From Utricularia gibba (Eukaryota; Plantae; Magnoliophyta): 64,000 nucleotides of DNA. Under the pieces are notes generated by a model. The model ran no database searches, was not told the origin of the DNA, and was given only the letters and a program-made list of their open reading frames with translations. The position numbers and the translations under genes are program-made. This document shows, piece by piece, positions 12,501 to 22,225 of the stretch. Each line of letters opens with the position of its first letter. Within the stretch, counting starts at the first letter, position 1. The stretch lies in NCBI GenBank assembly GCA_002189035.1, contig NEEC01000011.1, forward strand, positions 868,001 through 932,000, read 5' to 3'.

Positions 12501-15500
12501 GGAATTTTGTTTTGATGCAAAATGTGTGCATGCCTTCAACATGCTGAAACAAGCTCTTACTACTGCACCCATTCTTCAACCACCAAATTAGACCTTACCA
12601 TTTGTACTGATGTGTGATGCAAGTGGTTGTGTTGTAGGGGTTGTACTTGAATAGAAAAAAACAAGGTAATTCATGTGATTTATTATACCAGCAAAACTCT
12701 TAATGCAACCCAAAGAAACTACATAACCACAGAAAAGGAGTTGCTAGCAATTGTTTTTGCCATTGAAAAATTCAGGTCCTACTTACTGGGTGCAAAGGTA
12801 ATTATTAATACGGATCACACTGTCTTAAAATATCTTTTGAGCAAGCAGGAATCAAAACCCAGGTTGATAAGATGGACACTACTTCAAGAATTTGATCTGG
12901 AAATTCGTGATAAGAAAGGCAAGGAAAATGGAGTAGTTGATCATTTGTGATGCCTACAGCTTGAAACAAGTGTGGGGAGTTAACCATTGATGACTCTTTC
13001 CCCATAAAACGCATCCTTGCTGCCCAAGATGGAAATCTGCCATGGTATGCTAATTTTTTCAATTATCTTGTTGGAGGAGTCTTGCCGCAAAATCTGAACT
13101 TCAACCAGCGGAAGCGCTTCCTTGCGCAAGTGAAGCATTGTTTCTGGGAAGAACCTATGTTTTTCAAACGTCGTGCTGATGGAATTATCAGAAGATGCCT
13201 ACCACCAGAGGAGGTAAGGGACGTTATTTGGCACTACCATTCATCACCATATGGAGCAGCATCAAAAACACTCTTAAAAATTCTTCAATCGGGATTTTAT
13301 TGACCCACCATGAATCACGATTTGAGGGCATTTGTTCAAGCATGCAAACCATGTCAGCATGCGGGTTCTATTTCCAAGAGAGATGAAGGACCCACGACAT
13401 ATATCCTGGAGGTGGAGATTTTCGATGTTTGGGGGCTGGATTTTATGGGACCATTCCCATTTTCTTATGGCAACACAAATTCTTGTGGCGGTGCATTATG
13501 TCTCAAAATGGGCAGAAGGTATTGCGGTTCCTGCAGCTGATGGAAGGGCTGTCATTAAGCTTTTCAAACAGATTATTCTCCCGAGGTTTGGTGACCCAAG
13601 ATACGTCATAAGTGATGGTGGAAAATAGTTCATTGAAAGAGAATTCCGGAAACTCTTGCGCAAGTATGGAGTGGGACATAGGGCATCCACTCCATATCAC
13701 CCACAAACTTGCGGACAAGTGGAGGTAACTAACCGAGAATCAAAGAGGATTCTGGAGCGCACGGTGGCCAAAACCCACAAGGATTGGGCAACCAAATTGA
13801 CTAATGCTTTATGGGCTTATCGCACAACATATAAGATTCCCTTGGGGACCTCCCCTTATCGTTTGGTTTATGGGAAAGCTTGTCACTTGCCTGTGGAATT
13901 AGAGCACAAAGTATATTGGGCTATCAAAGAATTAAATTTGTATGCCAAGGCTGCTAGAGAGCAAAGGATCTTGAAACTCCAATAGCTGGATGAGCCAAGG
14001 ATGAGTGCCTACGAAAATACAAAGCTGTACAAGGAACAAACAAAGGCTTGGCATGACAGTCACTTGCGCAAGAAGGACTTGATAAAAGGTGACCCAGTTT
14101 TGTTATTTAATTCTCGTTTTCGTCTCTTTCCAGGAAAGCTCAAGTCCAAATGGCATGGACCATACACCATTAAGAAAATCTAACCCAGTGGAGCAATCCT
14201 CATCACTCATCCTGACCATGGAGAATTTACGATAAATATTTAGAGATTGAAACGGTTTCATGAACGGGTAAAATCTTCCATGGACACATTGCATGTTCCA
14301 GTGGATCTCTCCAACCACCCCCACCTTGATGAGAAAGCACCTATGGTTTGCTTGTTGCCATTAGAAAAACAAACGATTTCCATTTGTTATTTTATTTTTG
14401 ATTTTCTCTTGCATTGTTTTTCTTTTCTTCTTTCTCTTCAATGAGCATAGGTGCAATGGATACTTTTGAGGAAAAATTCTGCACTATTTGACATATGACG
14501 AAAGGTAAGTGTTTCTGCGCATCTTGAGGACAAGATGTCATTTAAGTGTGGGGGGGAGTACTTGACTTTTTAGATTATTTTTGTACCCTTTTAAAAAAAA
14601 TTTCGAAATTTGGCATATATTTCATTAATTGACTCCTTGCATTTTGTGATTTGCTGGAACCCAAACATCTGTTTTTGGTATTATTTTTTGAAATAGCTGG
14701 TGTGAATTAGAATTTTGGTATGCTTATTGCTATATTGTTTCTTGACATACTGTTTACTTTCTGTCCCTTGCACAAGCCACATAGCCCTAGTTACTTGGTG
14801 AGGAGTCTATTTTTTTATTCTCTTTTCATTATGAGTGACCTGAATGCAGAATGATCATAGACTTGTTCTTGTGCATACTGCTGAGTTATTCTACAGGTCT
14901 TGCGCAAAGGTATTGAGGCATTAGGATTTGCCTTGTTTTATCCCAATATCCCACCTTGAAACCTCTTATTTGGATCACCACATTAGAAGCCAAATCCATC
15001 TTTACAATTATAGCCTACTTCAATTTCTCTTGACCCAAGGAATGAGCATATGGAGAATAGTTCTGTTCGTTTGCTTGCGCAAGGTGCAGAACCAAGAGCT
15101 CTATTACAAAAGAAGAAAAGTTGAGAGCAATTTTCAACTCAGTGATCAAGCTCTATCTCAACAAATTATGAAGGGATTTTAAACATACATCTTGTCTAAG
15201 AGAGAGATCAATTTCGAAAAAAAAGAAAGAAAGAAAAAAAAAGAGAGAGAAGAAGAAGAAAGAAAAAAGTGTTGAAAAGAAGCCACAAAGCTGAAAGAGA
15301 AGGAGTTTCTTGGAGTACGAAAATCAAAAGGCAAGCATGACAGAATTGTTTGATGGATGCTCTCTCCTTATTACCCATGAAATGGAGCCTTTAGCCGAAT
15401 TTCCCACCTGTCCCAAGCTCTTGTCATGCTACAACCCCAGAAAAAGACCTCATGATTGCACAAGCTTGTTGAAACCAGTGGATCACTTGCATAAGTTTAT

Positions 15501-15570
15501 TGATTCGCGTACATTCAGTTATTGAGTGAACCTTTGCATTTTACCCTCCTCTTATGGATTTCTCTTATTG
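9592..15570 (+). mobile_element. Athila-like Ty3/gypsy element, decayed, no recognisable LTRs; left boundary uncertain
   Basis: gag (ITMVQQIPFRG..LCLFPFWL), protease (CLYDLGSSINLMP), RNase H and integrase (DVWGLDFMGPF), AAGTGTGGGGGGGAG tract near 14543-14557, Athila-type 3' noncoding region. Confidence 0.88.
10090..14183 (+). pseudogene. Athila gag-pol remnant with most of RT deleted
   Basis: After the protease, the sequence jumps at about 12255-12310 from FLREIQ to MPFGLCNAP to KGIVLGHHIS, so the YxDD core is missing. There are many stops. Confidence 0.85.
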
Positions 15571-16457
15571 AGACATAGTCTCGGTGCTTCCAAAAGGTGT
15601 TGCATACGGTGCTTTGCCTCCATGAGGTGCTGTTAGAGACCCCAGTAGTTGCTGTAGAACGTGCATCCGAAGGAAAAGTTAAACACTTCCAGGTTGACAT
15701 ATCTTTCATGCTTCTTTTTACAAATGTGTATCCTAAAATTGATTATGCATTTGCAGGGTTGTGTTGGAGATATAGATGGTACATACATCGGTATACAAGT
15801 TAACAAATGTGATGCTGCAAGGTACAGAAATCGAAAGGGGGTGATATCCTTCAACGTGTTGGGTGTATGTGATGAACACATGAAATTTAAATATGTGCTT
15901 GCTGGGTGGGAAGGGTCTGCTGCAGATAGTCGGGTGCTAAACGATGCACTCTCATGATCCGACGGCTTCAGTGTGCGCCCATGTATTTCACTTGTTTAGC
16001 CCTTGCGCATGTGATTCCAATGATTTTATGCACCATGTATACGTGATGACACAGGAACATATTGCCTATGTGACAATGGATACGCCAATAGGGAGGGCTT
16101 TTTGGCACCATACTGAAGGAGTGATCTAGAAGACGTCACGAGCTTTTTGACAATGTATCCGTTACCAATTGAAGGAGTGGGGACAGGGAAATGGAGCACC
16201 CCCAGAATGCGAAGGAGCTATTCAACATGCGGCATGCATCAGCCAGAAATGTGATCGAACGAGCTTGGGGCTTGATGAAGATGCGGTGGGGTATACTACG
16301 GACGGCTAGCTACTATTCCGTAGACACACAGAACCACATTGTATTGGCATGTGCTTTACTCCATAACCTCATTCGAAAGGAGATGGTGGTCGATCCCCTG
16401 GAGGATCAGGTCCCATTGGACTTCCAAGATGAAGCTGGGGACACGAGTGATCTATAA
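15571..16457 (+). pseudogene. Harbinger DDE_Tnp_4-type transposase, C-terminal two-thirds, with stops
   Basis: GCVGDIDGTYI, YRNRKG, AGWEGSAADSRVL, DNGY, FNMRHASARNVIERAWGLMKMRWGIL, ACALLHNL. GT-AG introns at 15693-15756 and 15983-16054. Confidence 0.93.
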
Positions 16458-16759
16458 GACGTCACGACATCTGCCAGAGGCAATCAGGCATGGAATAGGT
16501 GGCATGACCACCAAGCCGAGGGGATGTACACCGAGTCGCTGGCATCCCGCAGACGCCGCTAGTGTAGCACTGTTTTAGACATTGTCATGCTAATGGTTTT
16601 CCTTAATTCCCGTTCAGAACCTATCGTGTCGTTTGTACTGGATTGCTAAGCACAACTCTTTGCATTGCAAAGTCATGTCTGAAATTCCCGTTTGTACTCC
16701 AACTTGAACTTGAAATTGCAAAGTATTTGGTAGTTGATGCACAAATTGTTGGGATTGTA

Positions 16760-17230
16760 CCATAGTGTCATGTCTTACCATGGGTAACATGGTAACACAC
16801 GGTGGATCATTGGAGCCAACACCGCGATCTTCAGTTGAGGTACTACAGAGGCTTGTACGACACCAAAGTTGTTGGCAGCACCACGTGTTTCATCGTATCC
16901 GGTGCTGACAAAAATTACACATTAGATGAGTGTGAAGCTGGTGCATAGTAGTGAGGATATTTGGTAGTACAACAATGCGCCATTTGACCAAACACCGCGA
17001 TCCATAAACTCCGGTGCTTCTGAACGCCTGGGGTATGCTGCGTTCAATGCTGACCGCATGTTTCCTCGTATCCGGTGCTGTCAAGTTTTAGAAGTAGATG
17101 CGTATGCAGCTAGTGCATATTAGCGTGGGTGATTGGTAGTACAATAATACTCCATTTGACCAAAACCGCGATCCGAAATATGCGATGCTTCTAAACGCCT
17201 GAGCTATGCTACACATTCCGCAGCACCACA
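16760..17230. repeat. Degenerate tandem repeat of about 172 bp, about 2.5 copies
   Basis: (C/A)ACCGCGATC at 16820, 16993 and 17164. CGTATCCGGTGCTG and TGGTAGTACAA...CCATTTGACCAAA also recur at the same spacing. Confidence 0.8.
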
Positions 17231-17562
17231 AAAACATAATCTGGTGTTCTGAGTTCCAAAAACAAATTGGCATAAAATATTGTAGTTATCCAGCATTAAA
17301 TGCTAAGGGCGATTGATAACCGCCCAACGCTATTAATACCCCCTTGCGCACGATAAAGGCACCTGACATTGTGCACTTTCCAAAACAACTTCATTAATTC
17401 CGCCCATCCAACTCCACCATTTCGGCAAATGTGCAGTAGCACCACAAAAACAGTCTCCTCGACAACCTCTCTAGAACAGCGTCACGACGGTAGGAACCTT
17501 TGCCCTCAGCGTTTCAAATTCTTCGTTGCCATCGTCGAGTAAAACGTCTATTGTTTTCCAGA

Positions 17563-18063
17563 TGTTGACGTGTGAGAAAGTACATGTCCGCTTCTCAATT
17601 CCCGACGGTTACACGATGTGGCATAAACAATCGGGCGAAACGTCAAACGGCAAACCGCCATCCAGAGTTGGAGCATCGGGATTCGCAGTCAGCACCGAGC
17701 ACTTTCGGTGTGGATTGCGACCCCCCCCCCTACCCCCTTTCTTGGTGCAGATACTTGCTGCACTCCAACTCCCACTCTCCCACCTCACACCACGTTCTGT
17801 GGCGCACGTTCTCAAATTTCTGCAGATCTGTGAAGAGGAGGACATATCCCCGGAAATGCGTGTCTTCTTTGTGGTTTCTGTTTGTGTCCAACGTAAGGGG
17901 AGTCCGCACTACTCGCTTCATGGAAAACCTAGTGTGGTTCTAGTTATAGACGTGAGAAGCGCATATGATGATTGGTGGATCAATTTTGTATGGGTATGCC
18001 CACCCACCGCTACAGAATGGCCAACAACGTTGACAGTGTTAGAGAATGTGGGACACCCATCAG
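17563..18063 (+). pseudogene. Cargo exon encoding a Transposase_28/TRP28-like domain
   Basis: RFSIPDGY, FRCGLRPPPLPPFLVQIL...LTPRS and DDWWINFVWVCP align by eye with the Tat antisense ORF in this window. The exon is bounded by a TTTTCCAG acceptor and the 18064-18140 GT-AG intron. Confidence 0.75.
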
Positions 18064-18494
18064 GTAATCACAAACAATTACTTCGGATATTCACACGTCT
18101 TGTGCAACAGTACTCATGTGTTTTGCTGTTTTCGTTGTAGGCATAGAGGTATTGCCAAAACGTGTGGCAAGGAGGTTTGTGAATTTATTGTCTTGCAGAA
18201 CAAAGTACTTGGAGGACATCTTGCCCCCCTTCGTCAATGCCCCTAGGACATAGCATATGTGGTGCGGAACCCCTCGACACCGTAGACAACGTAGGAGTAC
18301 AAAAGATGTGAAGCCAGAAGTCAAGGGCAACACGGAGGGGCCAACACCGATCTGGACACACGACAATGGGTGCGGTGGTGCCACTGCAAAGTATATCGAA
18401 GTGGAGAGACTATCTTGAAATCTGTGGTCGACTTGCATGGTATGAAGCAAGGTGGCCATATGGTGGAGTGTCGAGTGATAACAAGGCCCCACCA

Positions 18495-19335
18495 CGAAAT
18501 TTGCTAATATTTGACGTGAAACTTGCGGACATTGTGTATCCTCGCGAAGTCAGGTGGGGAGCACCGAAGCCGGATGCAGTCATTTACGGGCGTAACGGTA
18601 ATTCGGTGTCATTGATATGCATTTAATATTTGGTGCATGTGTCAGTACTATTTCTTGTGCTTGTAGTGTATCTTCGACCAAGTGCACGTGAGTTGATACA
18701 GTTTTGCATGAAACACTTTGACATCACCATTTAGTCTTCAAGAGGACGGTAAGACTGACCACCTTGCAGGCAAGGGGGGTCCGCATTCCTGCTGACATTT
18801 TTTTTTCTGACATGTAGCAATGAACAATTGCACGATGTGATTCAGTGGTTACTAGGGCCTGCAGCAGCTAGCAACCTCGTCTTCCAATGGGATGGATCCA
18901 GGTGTGTGGACACAGGCTATCCGGTGCACGACAATAGGAACAACACCGTTAAGCTTAAGCTTTTGAAACATGTATGGGGCGCCAACACCGAGTTCAAGGG
19001 CAAATATCACCGTCTTAATATGCTTCTCATCGATGATGCGCCGTACAAGTCACTACACAATCCGGTGAGTTTCTGGTCGCGCTCATTCTCCACCATCATG
19101 AATCCGATGATTGTTTACTTTCATTGGACAGCCCGAAAATGCCATATTCTCAACCACCTTCAAGTACACCGCGATCAATGATTGTTCACTGGTTCGAGGG
19201 GGAGATATTAGGTCGTTCCTGGAAGCTCTCATTGAAAACATGGATGTACCCACGCACGTCGATCGCCGTCGGGTAGGTCAATGCCCAATAGACGAGGAAC
19301 ACCCATTGTGGAAGCATTACAAGACTCTTATGTAA
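18495..19335 (+). pseudogene. Cargo: spliced FCP1/NIF-type HAD phosphatase-like domain (4 exons, one W>stop)
   Basis: Removing GT-AG introns 18598-18666, 18749-18817 and 19065-19131 gives RNLLIFDVKLADIV..VYLRPSARELIQFCMKHFDITI*SSR..LVFQWDGSRC..KLLKHVW..NMLLIDDAPYKSLHNP|PENAIF..GGDIRSFLEAL..VGQCPI. This is colinear with plant FCP1-homology proteins (KLLVLDINGLLADIV, WSSR, LLLDDSPYKALLNP). TAG at 18732-18734. Confidence 0.88.
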
Positions 19336-19358
19336 TCGCCGTCGGGTAGGTCAATGCC

Positions 19359-19799
19359 GTCGCTTTGTGTCTTAGGGGGCGCAGTCTGGGTGCATGCTGA
19401 CATAATAACACGGTCAGCACCGGATATAACACAGCGACAACAGGGCATACGTACCTGATCAATCTCCTTCCAAACCTCATCGTCTGCGTCTACGGTGTTG
19501 GTCAACTCACTGAAACTGGTGACCGACCTTGATAAAAAATCTACAAGGAGGTAGTAGTCTTTTTTCCAGGTGTGCACCTTGCTAGATATATGTAGGTGTG
19601 TGCGGATGTCGGTTCTAGGGCGGAGTTTCAAGAACTCTGTCTCTAATGCTCGGTGATACCCACCCCTAAAAGCATTCTCAATTTTCCAGCCTTCTTTCAC
19701 TATCTGCTTCAAATCGTGCAACAAGTCTTTCTCCTCATCTGGCTTCCAGGCACGTTTCGTTTTTTTGTGAGACTCTTCCACCACGATTGAGCTATGCAT
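19359..19799 (-). pseudogene. Harbinger ORF1 Myb/SANT-like DNA-binding protein, 3'-truncated
   Basis: RAWKPDEEKDLLHDL...GWKIENAFRGGY...HISSKVHTWKKDY...DADDEVW; intron at about 19397-19454; homology ends after LRHK. Confidence 0.88.
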
Positions 19800-20489
19800 A
19801 CCTAATCTGTGCTGGAGGAAAGAAAACAGCAAGAACAAAGCACCTACACCGAGCACTTACCACAAATAAACCATAAAATTCATTCAAAATTCAACGGATT
19901 TCAAACGAGAAACTCTGCGCAACGAAGGGAGTATACAAACTGGACTTAACCCATGGCTCTTCACTCTCAATTACTTGTGAAATTGAGAGATCTCATCGAC
20001 CGAGTGTGAAAGTCGGTGGACGAAGGGGGAAAACTAATGGTAATAAAGAGGAATATTTCTGATTGGTAAAGTCGGTGTGAAAGTAAGTGGACGAGTGTGA
20101 AAGGCTATATTAGTAAATTCCCATGAAAATTATGTATAAACCCAATTTTATACCCACCTACCAAACATGGGTTCATTTAAACCCAAATAATGTAAACCCA
20201 TCAACCAAACACGATTTAGAGAGACTAAACCCACAAAATCGGATTCCCTAAACCCAAATAAACTAAACCTAGGTTTAGGCCAAATCCAACAACTAAACGT
20301 GCCCTTAGGTGCTTGTTGCAAAAACAAATTTACATAATGCAGCAAATAGATAACACACTTCACGAATCCTTGTTGCGTATAAAGCTATACATGAAGCAAT
20401 CAATTATTACAAATCTATATTAAGTACACCATCAATGACAATACTCACACAGCCACACTATTGGCATATTTGTTTCTTATACTATAACC

Positions 20490-21841
20490 TGATGACACAC
20501 GTTTTCTTAGTATTTTATAATACAAAATTATGATGTTTTGTTGTAATTTATGTTAGATTTGTGTGGTTTTTTATATTTTACATGTTGTGTACGTCAGAAA
20601 GTGGATTAAATCCTTTGATTTGATCCATCTTTTGTTACTGATGATTAATCAAGTCTATCAAGAGGATTAGCAGCAAATCAAATTAAAAGATGTGTGGATT
20701 ATGTTGAAGAAGACATAATATCCAAAGGGAGACAAAGAGCACTATTCTATCCCCCTACAGTCTATAGGTTCAATCCAAAAACAATATTAGTGTTAATGGA
20801 GTAAAGAAGAGGAGAAATTTTTGGAGGAGTGAGAGAATGGAGGGGGATTTTCAGCAATGAAAATCACACAAACAGAGAGGCTCCAGAACGAACGAAAGGG
20901 GTGAAGAAGATGATTTTTTTTTCTGGAAGAAAAGCCTCAACGTGAAGAGCAAGGTCAATAACCCAATTCAGTGCTACTTTTCTGATACGTGAACAATAAC
21001 AAAAGGAGAACATAACTATTTCACCTTTCTCTTTCGTTTTCTGGATATCTTGTTTTTGTAGCATTTTATCTTATAATATTTATGATGTTTTTGTCGGATT
21101 ATGATTATGAAATCTTGCTTTTCTTATCAAATATGATTGACTAGATCTTAGGAATACCTTAAGGTGTAGAATAGTGATGTAAGGCAAGGATTTATAAGAT
21201 AATTGATCATTATGTCTCAACTTTTATTTCTATTATTTCTCAGGTAGACTTAAGTGGGGGAAACAAAAAGTTTCGCAACTCAGATGCCAGATTTAAAGAT
21301 AGATTAACAAATCAAGATTGGGATAGTAACTATTAGTCCTAGATAGAAACAAGAGAGTCGGGTAGACCCAATTCTAAATATTTTGTACATAAATAGATCT
21401 AAATGTGGAATGGATGATGACATTAGAGGCTATCTTAATTAAAAACATGAAAAATAACCTGGGCATGCTTATATTATTTGGATTAAGTATAGAAACATTG
21501 CATATTAACTTAGGTACATTAGTATCATGATACCTATATCACTTTGAGGTATCTTAGTATTACATTATGTACAAAACCTGTACATATTACCTTCTATATT
21601 TTTATTCGATTTTATTTACTAAATTTACGTACCACTGTTAATTTGAGTTTAGATTAAAAATAATATTTATTCTATAAACTTACATTTGATAAAACACATA
21701 GTAAACACTTGCTCCTTAATTGACCCCGAATTTCCACTATAAATCTTGTGTTTAATTTGTATTTTATGAATATTAGGACTTAGAAATTTATTTAATATGA
21801 AATTCATTTTCTCGCAATGACTTGAGAATTTTCCTTTATCA
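20490..21841 (+). repeat. Athila-type solo LTR (no matching TSD)
   Basis: TGATGACACAC...TTTATCA termini. It shares its start motif, hairpin and length (about 1.35 kb) with the LTR at 40285-41647. No PBS follows it. Confidence 0.7.
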
Positions 21842-22225
21842 TTCTATCCTTTCGATGCTGTGCTTTGAAAGTTGCTTCCACTCAGCTTTTGACGTAGAAC
21901 AAGAGTTAGAGTTTTTAACTGAAAAAGAAATAAAATAACACTCAAAGATTACCTTCTCAACTCACGCTCGTATGTATCTTGCATAGCCCTATGTAGAGCA
22001 CCTAGCACAACAACACGCCATCTATAACTTTGGTCCAAGTTTCCCATAAATTGTGAGTGTGTAATGGCCCGTATGCCAATAAGAAAAACTTGACTTACAG
22101 AATTCTTTTGAGGTTTTACTTAAGCCAAAAATTTGCACTCACTAGATGTTGATGTGTAGAAATACGTATACTTTGTTGTAGGCCTTGTTTTTTCCACACT
22201 TAAGTGTTTTTATCATTTCAAGGTT

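Larger units (their letters stand above)
15571..20304 (+). mobile_element. PIF/Harbinger DNA transposon, 5' end lost, carrying an internal cargo gene
   Basis: DDE transposase (+) and Myb/SANT gene (-) in convergent orientation. The right end AACTAAACGTGCCC (20291-20304) is followed by TTA, as expected for a PIF TIR and TSD. Confidence 0.85.
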
